Origin: Dipteris shenzhenensis
Taxonomy: Eukaryota
DNA: 64,000 nucleotides
Assembly: GCA_047967505.1 (NCBI GenBank)
Contig: CM106538.1
Reading direction: 5' to 3' (one strand)
Shown: positions 1 through 11,647 of the stretch, piece by piece
Layout of the letters: each line of letters begins with the position of its first letter
Numbering within the stretch: the stretch's first letter is position 1
Made by a program: the position numbers and the translations under genes
Notes under the pieces: model-generated
Seen by the model: the letters and a program-made list of their open reading frames with translations, nothing else
Database searches by the model: none
What the model was told of the DNA's origin: nothing

Positions 1-329
1 GGGCGAGTGAGTGAGAGAGAGAGAGTACTCAGGGAGCAACGTGCGAGTGAGGGACAAATAATGTGTCTCTCCTCACATAGGTTAATTTGACAAGCATGCA
101 TGAGCGAAGAAATTAATTCATGATTTTGGAGCTAGGAGCGGCTATGTGGGCACTTTACTCTGTTGACCACCAAAAGATTGCCCAAATTTGCCCATTGTAT
201 GGACACTTAAAACAAGATGGGGATCCCACTAGGACCCTACATACTTGAAAGTTCAGAATGTGTAAATGAAGGTAATGGAATGGTATGTCCAGTAGGCAAA
301 GGATGTACCACTGATTGTGCTCGTTGTCG

Positions 330-830
330 GTAGGTTGGCCTTTATGTGGTCTAGTTGGGATCTGTAAGTTGTGGTGGGCTCTTCAAATTGTAGCTTGAGG
401 TCGAACATGCGCATCATGTTTTGAAGATTAGTGGATTCTGGTGTAGTTCTTCCAATGTCTATGATGAAGTCACCATCTACAATTGTTGTTGAATTGCATG
501 CACTTTAGGTGAAGGTATGTTAAGAATGCATTGTATTTTATAGATGGTGGCCTATATATGTTGAAAATGTGGAAATTATGGTTGCCCTTGGTTATGCCAA
601 TGCTTGTTATTTCTATTCCTTGTTCAATGATTTTGTTTATTGTAATCTCATTTGCGATCAGGGTGCAGTGTTTCTTTATCACGTGAAAGATTGGGGGGAT
701 GAAGTTCTTTGCTTGTCTCGTTCTTATTTCTTTAAAGCATATCATATCTGAATCAATAAGGTGTGGGGTCCCTTTAATGTCGGATATGTACTTCTAGTGT
801 TGAGTGATCATAGAAGCATAATTGTACTTG
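330..830 (-). pseudogene. APE/EEP endonuclease domain remnant of Helentron-like element
   Basis: YISDIKGTPHLIDSDMICFKEI, FNIYRPPS, VDGDFIIDI and TTTYRSQLDHI resemble EEP endonuclease motifs; stops and frameshifts present. Confidence 0.7.
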
Positions 831-879
831 CCCCTCTTTGTAACCTCATTTGAGCAAATGTTTCCCAAGTTGCTTTTGA

Positions 880-2345
880 ATTGATTCGGGACATTTCTCT
901 TCTCATGTCATCTTCAACTTGGAAGTTCTCGTTTTGAATTGGTTCAAGTAGGTACAAATTTTGGATGTCTTTGCCACATGACAAGACTATGTATGTTAGG
1001 CTCTGAGAACGAACCCCTTTTCAAGAGAAAGCAACTTTCTCTAGCGTTAGTCCTTGGGCTTTGTGGATTGTTCTTGCCGGTACTGTGGGATGGATAGGGA
1101 ATTGCTCTCATGTAAGAATGTTAGTCTTATACAAGCCTACGAGAATTGGAGAGAAAGCAACTTTCTCTAGTGTTAGTCCTTGGGCTCTAGGGATTGTTCT
1201 TACCACTGCGGGCTACATAGGGAATTGTTATCCTGTAAGAATGTTAGTCTTTCATTGATCTATTTGGACCTCATTCGTGGTCCAGTGCACGAGTGTCCAA
1301 TCTTTGTGTGTGTGTGGTTTGAAAGCATTAATATTATCATTTCTTATTTGCATTCCCATTTGTTGTGTTGGAAAAAGTGTCCACACAATGTCTTTACCCA
1401 TGTGAGTTGAAATTCCATTGGTTTCGTTTACCAGGCTATCCTTTTGGTTTGTATTACCTGAGCACAATTCCACAAACATACCTTCTTTTATTTCGATAAT
1501 TATGTAAACCACTAGTATTTTTAGGGTCTTCTAATATTTTCTCTTTGTTGTATGGGTTTTGTGAGTAGTGGTTTATTGCTTTGAATACATGTTTTCTCTC
1601 TGTGGAGAATTGCAAGACATGGTTATTGTGTCTTTTCATTTGCGAGTTTGTGTAGTATAGGTGAGGCAAGGTGTGATCTTGAGGCACATTGGGAAAGCAT
1701 ATTTGGTTTATGTACCCTATTTCATAGCTTGTGTGTGTGCATTTTCTAAGTGAATTGAATGCATTGATGAGCTTTGTATTGCTTTTTCGCATTGTGGATT
1801 GTGGCTCTAGGCACTTGGATTTTGTTTGCCAATATGTTTCCGCAATACACTCAAGCTCATCATTATTAACTTTGAAGACCCATGAATCATTCACTGGTTT
1901 TGCTTGGTAGAAGTCACCACAGGTAATGACATCTACACCCCCAAAGAATTCTTCATGATTCCTTTTGAGGGTGCACATTCTTAGGTCCGCAAAGTTTAGC
2001 ATTCTTTTCTAGACCAAAGAGATTTCATTGAAGACAATGAGCTAGACTTGGAGAATATAGCACGGAGAGGACCTCTACTTTTTCCTTTAAGAATGGTGTA
2101 AGATTCTTTGTATCTGTTGGCAAGTGTACTGTTGAGTGAATTGTGCTTCCATTAATGTGGAATGATGCTCTATCGGTGTATGCTAGCATCAAATATTTGG
2201 GTAAGTTGTAATCAACAATAGTCCTTGCACACGAAGGAGTAGGTATGTTTTCCCCATCCATGCTCCTCCTGTTAGGAATGAATTAACTATCTCCACATCA
2301 TAATGCCGTCAAACAAAGCTCGTTGCTCAATGTTAAGGGAAAGTG
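880..2345 (-). pseudogene. PIF1-family SF1 helicase remnant (Helitron RepHel helicase part)
   Basis: LNIEQR; Walker A-like FLTGGAWMGKTY (~2243-2278); AYTDRASFHINGSTIHS; Walker B-like LIVFNEISLV; FFGGVDVITCGDFYQAKPV; DSLVNETNG; EQFP..ARTIHKAQGLTLEKVAF; multiple frameshifts. Confidence 0.85.
1024..1255. repeat. ~126-bp tandem duplication covering the helicase QFP..TIHKAQGLTL motif (also present in copy 2 at ~3524-3755)
   Basis: agagaaagcaactttctctag.gttagtccttgggct occurs at 1024 and 1150, with the same pair in copy 2. Confidence 0.8.
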
Positions 2346-2490
2346 TTGTGTGGAAGTACTCATCATTGTCAAGCAGAACTTGATTTTTTATAGGTATGTG
2401 GAAGTAAACTATGCAATCTTCTATGGAAAAATGGTGTGCACTGAAGATTGCACCATTTTTCCATAGAAGATTGCACAGGAGCGATGTACA

Positions 2491-3878
2491 AGTGAGAGAG
2501 AGAGAGAGAGAGTACTCGGGAGCAACGTGCGAGTGAGGGACAAATAATGAGCAAATAATGTGTCTCTCCTCGCATAGGTTGATTTGACAAGCAGGCAAGG
2601 AGCGAAGAAATTAATTAATCATTTTGGAGCTAGGAGCAACTATGTGGGCACTTTATTGACCACCAAAAGATTGCCCAACTTCGTCCATTGTATGGGCACT
2701 TAAAACAAAATGGGGTTCCCACTAGGACCCTGCATACTTGAAAGTTCAGCATGTGTAAATGAAGGCAATGGAATGGTCTCTCTAGTGGGCAAAGGATGGA
2801 GCACTGACTGTGCTCATTGTTGGTAGGTTGGCCTTTATGTGGTCTAGTTGGGATTTGTAAGTTGTGGTGGGCTCTTTGAATTGTAGCATTAGGTCGAACA
2901 TGCGCATCATGTTTTGAAGATTAGTGGATTTCGGTGTAGTTCTGCCAATGTTTATGTTTCTGTTGATGTCACCATCTACAATTGTTGTTGAATTGCATGC
3001 ACTTTAGGTGAAGGTATGTTAAGAACGCATTGTATTTTATAGATGGTGACCTATATATGTTGAAAATGGAGAAATTATGGTTGCCCTTAGTTACGTCAAT
3101 GCTTGTTATTTCTATTCCTTGTTTAGTGATTTTGTTTATTGTGATCTCATTTGCAATCAGGGTGTAGTGTTTCTCTATCACGTGAAAGTTTGGTGGGATG
3201 AAGTTCTTTGCTTGTCTCATCCTTATTTCTTGTAAGCAAATCATATCTGAATCAATAAGGTGTGGGGTCCCTTTAATGTCTGATATGTACTTCCTAGTGT
3301 TGAGTGATCATAGAAGCATAATTGTAGTTGCCCTTCTTTCTAACTTCATTTGAGCAATTGTTTGAACCCAAGTTGCTTTTGAATTGAGTCGACATTTCTC
3401 TTCTCACGTCGTCTTCAACTAGGAGTTTTCGTTTTGACTTGGTTCGAGTAGGTAAAAATTTTGGATGTCTTTGACACGTGACAAGACTGTGTATGCTAGG
3501 CCATGAGAACAAACCCCTTTTCAAGAGAAAGCAACTTTCTCTAGTGTTAGTCCTTGGGCTTTGTGGATTGTTCTTGCCGCTACTGCGGGCTGGATAGGGA
3601 ATTGTTCTGATGTAAGTATGTTAGTCTTGTACAAGCCTACAAGAATTGGAAAGAAAGCAAGTTTCTCTACTGTTAGTCCTTGGTCTCTAGGGATTGTTCT
3701 TGCTGCTGCAAGCTACATAGGGAATTGTTCTCATGTAAGAATGTTAGTCTTCCATGGGCCTATTTGGACCTCTTTTGTGGTCCAATGCATGAGTTTCCAG
3801 TCTTTGTGGATGTGTGGTTCGAAACCATTAATATTATAATTTCTTGTTTGCATTCCGATTTGTTGTGTTGGAAAAAGT
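2491..3878 (-). mobile_element. Second, partial copy of the Helentron-like unit (helicase C-terminus plus endonuclease)
   Basis: Direct repeat of ~7-1378; ORF 2969-3244 parallels ORF 470-745; similarity ends at tgttgtgttggaaaaagt (3878). Confidence 0.85.
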
Positions 3879-4328
3879 ATACATTGGGATCCTGCTCTGT
3901 CGCACAAAGCTTCCTTTCCTGCTCCGAACGTATACCATAAGCTTCATATACATCTTCCTCTTTTGGCACACATAAAGTTTTCTCGCGCTTTCCGCTTCCA
4001 GAATTTTCCATCTTGGATTCGTCCACCTCCTTTGTGATGAAAAAACAATACAGGAATTAATAGTGTTCATATCAACACACGTCATTGAAAATTGAGAAAG
4101 TTCGAATCCTTACCTCCTCGGGCAACCGAACGTAAATCATCACAGCATATCTTTTTAGATTCTGCCATGTTCATAAGGCCTGGAAATGTCAGACATAGAA
4201 TTAAGGACATAATAATAATCGTAATAAAATTATGGGCACATAACAAAAGTTTTGATCAAGAATTAGAAATGAATCGCGAAACATCATTGAAATGGAGACC
4301 TCTTTTGAATTCCCCACTACTAGTATCC
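3879..4328 (-). pseudogene. Spliced gene fragment of unknown function (exon parts 4328-4300, 4179-4114, 4029-~3879); start of exon 1 lies across the LTR insertion at 10844-10817
   Basis: GT-AG introns 4299-4180 and 4113-4030 (donor GTAAGG), all phase 0. Removing the LTR element and one TSD gives MDHKGLESLWILVVGNSKE|AL*TWQNLKRYAVMIYVRLPEE|EVDESKMENSGSGKREKTLCVPKEEDVYEAYGIRS, with one in-frame TGA. Protein not recognised. Confidence 0.45.
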
Positions 4329-4333
4329 AAAGA

Positions 4334-5231
4334 TGCGACAGGAAACACTCGCGCGACCTGCAAATCCTTGAAATACATAGCAACACTCTTCGAAAATACG
4401 CGCAAACTCTCAAAATTCACAAACGGAGGAGACAAAACAAGCGTGCTGGGAACAATCTCCCCCCATAGGAGTGGTGCTCTCCTTCCACCTCCTATGTATT
4501 TATGTATATTTCTCAAAAAGCTTCTGAGCAAAAATCATACAAAAGCCCCTGTGCTTTTCTCCATGCACCCTTTTACAAAAAGCCCATCCACCTTCTAGAA
4601 TATCTGGCTTTTTCTAAAAATAAAGCTTTTACTAACTTTAGTTTACACACTTAGCCAAGCCACTAATATTCCAAATTTTCAAATATGTACATAAGCTTTT
4701 GTAATATAAAAAATTAGGCATAAGCCTTATTCATCCCCGCATCACTGGAGTTGCGCCTACGCACCCAAAATATGGCAGATCATGCTTGCCAAATGTCATC
4801 GCCCGATCAATTACTCTTCCCCTGAATTCACACAATCAATAGTGATGAAATATTTCAAGCATAAGATAACCTTGGAATTAATCAGCACAATCAATCAACC
4901 TTTCAATATTATAGCAATGCGAAATCAATAAATCACAGATGAATGGTGCACACATGTGACACATACCATCTCATGGTGCACCTGATGCTACACATGAATA
5001 AAATCGTACGAATGGTGCACACATGCTACACATACCGTCATCGCGTAAGTGGTGCACACAATGCTACACACTCATACAGCCACAGCCGTATATCCAGCCA
5101 TGTAGGAGCACACATACATCACTACGAAACAGTGAGCACACATGCATCAGCTGCATGACAAAAATGATAAATCTCACTAAACTAAATACTGAAGGATTAA
5201 AAATGCCGGATCTCACTAAACTAAATACGGA
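4334..5231 (-). repeat. 3' LTR of the Gypsy element (inner end truncated)
   Basis: Aligns with 9907-~10785, lacks the last ~30 bp of the other LTR, and has a 39-bp tandem duplication at 5161-5231. Confidence 0.85.
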
Positions 5232-7460
5232 GACTATGACTCTAAAATGCAATAAGAATCTTCCCTCTTGGCCTATATTGTCATATACCCAAGCTAAAAG
5301 AGCTTTGCGCAAACGTGAAAAGACATATCTGGTTATGGTCAATATGATTGAGGCTAGTCTTGAGACTAAGAAAACTAAGCAAGAGCCTTTGGATCCTTTT
5401 CTAGCTACTTATGATGACTGCTTTATGGAAGACTTACCCCCTGGCCTACCTCAATCTAGACCTAAGGATCATAAGATTAACCTTGTTCCAAGTAGCGCAC
5501 CACTGTTTAAATCACCATATAGACACAATCCTATTGAGCAGCAAGAGATTCAATCCCAAATAGAAGATCTTTTGGCTAGAGGCCTAATTCGACCTAGTAG
5601 CTCACCATTTGGGGCACCCATTCTTCTTGTCAAGAAGAAAAATGGAACTTTCTGAATGTGCATCGATTATCGTGCCTTAAATAAAATCATAGTGAAAAAT
5701 CGATACCCCATTCCAAGAGTTGATGATCTACTTGACAAGTTGAAAGGATCCACAATCTTTAGCAAGATCGATCTTAGGATCATCAAGTGAGAGTGATCGA
5801 GGCCGATATTTTCAAGACTGCTTTTAGAACCCAAACTGGTTACTATGAATTTCTTGTTATGCCTTTTGGATTGACCAATGCACCTGCCACATTTAGTCGG
5901 ATGATGAATCATATCTTCCTACCCTATCAAGACTCTGTGGTAGTTTTCTTTGATGATATCATGATTTATAGCAAGAGTCGAGAGGAACATGAGAAACACT
6001 TGGACCTTGTTTTCTCTCTCTTACGTGAGAACCAACTATATGCCAACCCGGAGAAAAGTTTTTTTTCCAGCTTGAAATTGAATATCTTGGACACATCGTT
6101 TCAGCTGAAGGCATTCGAGTAGGTCCCAAGAAGGTAGAAGTGATAGTAAACTGGCCACAGCCTAAAGATATCCATGAGTTACGATCTTTTCTAGGTCTGT
6201 GTAGTTTTTATCACATATTCAGGTACATCAGCCACCCTACATGGGACATAGAGGTGTCGCCGCTATGTATCAAACTGTAATTCAAGATTTTTTCTGGCCT
6301 AAGCTTAAAGTTGATGTTGCAACTTTTGTTGCACAATGTCTTATTTGTCAAAAAGTCAAGAGCTACAAGGGCAAATATCAAGGTTTACTTATGCCTTTAC
6401 CAATTCCTGATGGCCCATGGGAGCAGATTTCTATGGACTTTATTATTAGATTTCCTACGACTAGCTCAGGTTTTGATATGATTTGGACTATCATTGATAG
6501 ATTTAGCAAGCAGGCTTACTTTATTCCTTGTAAGAAGACCTTGATTGCAGTTCAAGCTACTCATTTGTTCATCAAGCACATCTTATACACCATGGCCTTC
6601 CAAAAGTAATCGTGTCAGACCGGGATAGTAAATTTTGTAGTAACTTATGGACCGCACTCTTTGACAATCTTGGTACGAAGTTAGGATTTTCCATTGCTTT
6701 TCATCCGGAGTCTAATGGCCAAATTGAGGTCACACAACATACTATTTGTGACATGTTACATGCTTACGTGTCTGGTCAGCCAAGCAACTGCGATAAACTT
6801 ATACACATATTACAATTTGCCTACAACAACACTAAGCACTCTGCTACAGGCAAATCTCCATTCCAAATTGTCTATGGAAAGACCATTCCTACTCCATTGA
6901 CCTGCCTTAAGCACCCAGTAGAGGTTGCTGATCGATTTACTGAATATTTCTCTAGCATTTTGGCTACTGTCAAAAAGAATATCGAGCATGCTCAAGCTAT
7001 GTATACTGCACGTGCAAACAAGGGTAGAAAGAAAGTCGTATTTGCTGAAGGTGACCTAGTCATGTTACATATTGAGAAGCGCAGACTTAAGAGTATTGAG
7101 ACACACCCTGTAGTTAAGTTTGCCCCTAAGTCCTATGGTCCCTTTAAAGTTTTGGAACGCATTAATGACAATGCCTATCGGCTCGAATTACCACCTGATT
7201 GGAAAATTCATAATTCTTTTCATGTGCACCTCCTGAAACCTTTCCATGGAGACCCACCAGTTCAACCTATTTTAGATAATGCACCATTGCTTCAAGGAGA
7301 GACCTAGCTCTTAGAGCCAGACCAGATCATTGATCAACAAATCACTCAAACGAGACGTGGAAACTCGTATCCTACTTATCTTCTTACATTTAAAAACCAC
7401 TACGTTGAGGATGCTAAGTGGATGTCCGAGCGATATTTTCGCTAGTACCCTGATTTATTA
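5232..7460 (+). pseudogene. Gypsy (chromovirus-like) pol remnant: RT, integrase and chromodomain-like tail; protease and RNase H missing
   Basis: [86 protein letters not shown]; purine tract AAGAGGGA (7505-7512) followed by TGTTACG. Confidence 0.9.
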
Positions 7461-7579
7461 ACTACTTTTTTGTCCTGCAATTGACGGCAATTGCGATTTC
7501 AAGCAAGAGGGATGTTACGGTGATATGTAATAAAGAAGTACGAAAATAAGATGCACTTTTACTTGAATAACACTTACCT

Positions 7580-9129
7580 GAAGAGGTGTAGTCGGCATCT
7601 TTAGTGTCGTTGTCCTCATCCTCGCCCTCTTGCTTGAAAGATTTATCATGGGATCCATCATCAATGTAGTTGATCCGTGCGGAGTTGTTGCGCTGACTAT
7701 TACTGTTGGTACGTCCATTGGTTCTCCCTCCATTGCCTTCGTTGTTGTTGGTAGCATTCTTTGCTTGGGTACCTATCTTGTGTGTAGCAAATGGATTCTT
7801 TGGACATTCATAAGAGTAGTGTCCCTTCTCTGTGCATTCATAATATGTGACAAGTTCTTTGGTTCTTCGATTAATACGTGACTTAGCAAATTTCCAATTA
7901 GACTTACCATTATATCTACCAACTTTACCACTTACACCCTCTTGCTTGAAGTATGAAGTATGCTTCTTTGCTCGAGGGGTGCGAGTAGCAAAGCTTCTTC
8001 CCTGCTTTCTTTCCGACTCTAATGCCAAATCCATAGCATCAAAAGCTCTAGATGGTCGAAGCATACGTACATTAGCACGAATAGTAGGGCGTAAACCCTC
8101 AACAAAGGTATGACATTGATCCTTTCAGGACACTTTCTCAATGGTTTGCAATTGAAGTAGAGAGGAAAGATATTTCTCGGTGTATGCGTCCACACTCTCA
8201 TTATCCAACTGCCTCAATCTTCGCCATTGCTTGCGAGTATCCTCTTCAAATTGTGTAGGTAGGAAGCGCTTCTTGATTTTATCTTTGAATGCTTCCCATG
8301 TCTTTAAAACATGAGTGCTTTCAGCAACCACACTCCACTATAATTGTGCATTGCTTGTCATGTGACCTGCAGCAAGTTTTACCTTCTCGATCTCTTCGTA
8401 CCATTCTCCCAAAAAGTATTGATTGAAAGAACTAATCCACGCAAGTAAAGCTTGTCCATCTCTTTTACCATCATATTTTGGAAAAGAAAAAGTTTTGGGA
8501 TTAATCTTACCAACCTTCTTCTTATCACAAAGCTTGAGTGCTTTTAAGATGGCCTTTCCCACATTGTCTTCATTGCTGGACTCATGTGAAGGAGTAGTGT
8601 CATGATGTTGTCGTAGTGAAGTCTTCACATGTCGCTTCTTCTTTCTTTGATGTCTCATCTTGCTTCTTCCATGCTCACTATCACTAGTGTCTGATGATTT
8701 GTTGCTTTCACTTTTTTCATCATCTCTGTCCTTCATACGCTTCTTTGTGACTTCAGTCGTCTCTTTTAACACTCGAGTTGCGCGTTCTTCGTTGGCTTTA
8801 TGCATGTCGCACATGTTGCGCATGTACTCAAGTTCCTGCTCAAGGTCCCGTGCATGATGTTTCCATGCATCTAGTGAATCTGATGCATGCATAGGTTCCT
8901 CGTCCTCAATTGATATAGGTGGCTTCCAAGTTGTCATCACTTGGCGTAGAGCATCTTCAATTTCTTGACATTGTTGCTTCCCATGCTGATAGCGTTCTCG
9001 CCATTCTTCCTCAGTAAGTGTCATCGGCATTGAACTTCTTCTTGATCGATGGTGATAATTTTCCACATCCTCATCATGATGTAGATCTTCAAGATAACCT
9101 ATCTTTGATGGAATACGCCTTCCCGACAT
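7580..9129 (-). pseudogene. Ty3/Gypsy gag remnant with zinc knuckle
   Basis: FPKYDGKRD..LLAWI, TWEAFKDKIKKRF, LRQ..ESVDAY, FVEGLRP, YYECTEKGHYSYECP; in-frame stops. Confidence 0.85.
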
Positions 9130-9892
9130 AGTTAAATATGTGCACGGTGCAAAGAAGAAATCACTATGAAAGGAAATACACACAAACACAAGACTTATCT
9201 CAATTCGGTTTCCAAGCTTTGAATGCGACTATTTGTCGAATAGTATCTCTATGGGCTCTTGAACTCACACGATTCCAACAAGTGAATCCATGTTGCAAGG
9301 TACAAAGCAAAGCTCGTGTCCGATAGCACTTGTAGACTGCCTCCTGCTCTTGTGAACACTTGCTTTTGAGATTCTCGTCTTCCAAAATCCGTTGGGTTGC
9401 TCCCTTGTTTGCACTTTTGCCTTGAAGGATATCTTTATGACTAGGAACTTCAAAGAATAGAGCAACAAAGTGACTTGACCTAGTGGATAGTCACCAATTA
9501 TTAAGCAGACTTGAGCTAGAATAGTACTGGGATGGGGACCTCCCGGGAAGTTTTAAGGGCAATCTCCCAAGGCTTCCTCGCACGTAGCCAACAATGCCTT
9601 CAGTGCCAGGTATGCAAAGGACTATGCCGTGGTCATACACTTGGAGGAGCTAAGGCGTGGGTGTGCGTTCACAGACTTCAACCTGTCTACGTACCGCCGA
9701 CTTCTTTTGCTGTGATTTTTTTTTCTTCGTTGCACATTTTTCTGATTGCGAGCCGTTCTACGCTGTTCGCTTCTGCTACTTCGAACCTCATTGTGCTCTT
9801 GTACGTGGTGTTCGCAATTTGATGCATGCTACAATTTCTTGTTCGAGGACGCGGGGTGCGTGTGCTTTTCGTGCTATGGATGATGAGACCTT

Positions 9893-9905
9893 GGCTTTGA
9901 TACCA
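9893..9905 (-). promoter_or_regulatory. Primer-binding site (tRNA-iMet type)
   Basis: Reverse complement TGGTATCAAAGCC lies one base from the LTR edge at 9907. Confidence 0.85.
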
Positions 9906-9906
9906 C

Positions 9907-10816
9907 TGTGACGGGAAACACTCGTGGGACCTACAAATCCTTGAAAAACACAACAATACTCTTTGAAAATATGCACAAACTCTCAAAACTCACAAACGAA
10001 AGAGACAGAACAAGTGTGTTGGGTATAATCTCCCCCCATAGGAGTGGTGCTCTCCTTCCACCTCCTATGTATTTATGTATATTTCTCAAAGAGCTTATGA
10101 GCAAAAATCATACAAAAGGCCCTGTGCTTTCCTCCATGCACCCTTTTACAAAAAGCCCATCCACCTTCTAGAATAGCTGGCTTTTTCTAAAAATAAAGCT
10201 TTTTCTAACTTTAGTTTATACACTTAGCTAAGCCACTAATATTCCAAAATTCAAATATGTACATAAGCTTTTGTAATATCAAAAATTAGGCATAAGCCTT
10301 ATTCATCCCCGCATCACTGGAGTTGCGCCTACGCATCCAAAATATGGCGGATCATTCTTGCCAGATGCCATCGCCCGATCAATTACTCTTCCCTTGGATT
10401 CACACAATCAATAGTAATGAAATATTTCAAGCATAAGATAACCTTGGAATTAATCACCACAATCAATCAACCACAATCAATCAACCTTTCAGTATTATAG
10501 CAATGCGAAATCAATAAATCACAGATGAATGGTGCACACATGCGATACATACCATCTCATGGTGCACCTGATGCTACACATGAATAAAATCGTATGGATG
10601 GTGTATACATGCTACACATACCGTCATCGTGTAAGTGGTGCACACAATGCTACACACTCATATAGCCGCAGCCGTATATCCAGCCATGTAGGAGCACACA
10701 TGCATCACTACGGAACATCGAGCACACATGCATCAGTTGCGCGACAAAAATGCTGGATCTCACTAAACTAAATACTGAAGGATTAAATTAATGGGATAAT
10801 TCCAATTCTCGTAACA
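9907..10816 (-). repeat. 5' LTR of the Gypsy element
   Basis: Begins TGTGAC, ends GTAACA; homologous to 4334-5231; adjacent PBS. Confidence 0.9.
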
Positions 10817-10956
10817 ATAGACTCTCCAAACCCTTATGGTCCATCTTCAGAAGCAGGATTCTGCGCAATCAACATAATCAAGAGCAGCTACCCGTAGATG
10901 AAAGGAGAAACAGAGAAACGAAGACACGAAGCATTTGAAAAGTTGCTAAGGTTAAA

Positions 10957-11055
10957 GAGAGGGCAAGCCAATACAACGAATAGGTGAGAGGGCAAGCCAA
11001 TAAAACCAATAGGTAAGGCTAACAAGAAGGCTAAGCCTCCCCGTGGAAGGCCAAT
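10957..11055. promoter_or_regulatory. Putative (possibly bidirectional) promoter with four CCAAT boxes
   Basis: CCAAT at 10968, 10997, 11006 and 11051, two of them in a repeated gagagggcaagccaata unit, ~100-190 bp upstream of the ICS ATG. Confidence 0.4.
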
Positions 11056-11152
11056 AATAATAAATAATTTAAATAATTTATGTGCCATGCAAGCATTATA
11101 TCCCTGGAGGCTCTATTTGAGTTCAATTAGACACGCCTCTCTTGTCGTGCGG

Positions 11153-11350
11153 ATGAAGATGGAGCTGCTGCTGCGGCCAGCTCCACCTTCTTCTGCTTCA
11201 TTCTCTCCTCCTCCCCAAACCCTAAAAGCTTCCCATTTCTTCTTGCTCCCCTCCTCCTTCCTCTGCTTCCTTCCACCTCTTTGTATTCCTTCTCGCCCCA
11301 TCCGCTCTCTCCACAAATCGGGACGCATCCGCAGAGAGTGTCTTCCCATT
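11153..11350 (+). CDS. ICS: ICS/PHYLLO-like gene exon 1 (putative plastid transit peptide)
   Basis: MKMELLLRPAPPSSASFSPPPQTLKASHFF... is Ser/Pro-rich with few acidic residues; donor GTAAGC at 11351, phase 0; alternative start at ATG 11159. Confidence 0.7.
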
Positions 11351-11647
11351 GTAAGCTTCTCTGCTGCATTGCTTGCATATACCTTTCTCTCCTTCTTTCT
11401 TTTGTGCAATCTTACTGGGATTGGAGCTTGGCTTGCTCTACCTAGTGCAAATTACATTGGATGACCTCCTTTGGTACGGAGAGTTGGAGAGAAATGCTCG
11501 GTTGGTTGCGCAACCGGAATCTCAATGTCAAGTGTACATTCATGAAGAAAAGAATTTCAAGTCGAGGCTTTGGTAATTCTCTTCAATTCTACTTATCGAA
11601 GTAATTCACGATCACGCGATGACGATGTTCGCAAATCCGTTTGGCAG

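Larger units (their letters stand above)
1..2490 (-). mobile_element. Degenerate Helitron/Helentron-like unit (PIF1 helicase followed by APE-type endonuclease), copy 1 of a ~2.5 kb tandem arrangement
   Basis: Minus-strand remnants of PIF1 helicase motifs followed directly by EEP/APE endonuclease motifs; bases ~7-1378 recur at ~2491-3878. No Rep domain visible in the window. Confidence 0.8.
4334..10816 (-). mobile_element. Ty3/Gypsy LTR retrotransposon, rearranged (gag on minus strand, pol remnant on plus strand)
   Basis: Direct repeats 4334-~5231 and 9907-10816 (TG...CA); flanks AAAGA (4329-4333) and ATAGA (10817-10821) look like a 5-bp TSD with one mismatch; minus-strand PBS next to the right LTR. 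Confidence 0.85.

Noticed and set aside
4092-5158. Duplicated ORFs 4092-4598/9908-10171 and 4943-5158/10529-10771 as paralogous genes
   Set aside because: They lie largely within the two LTRs of one element and are duplicated for that reason.
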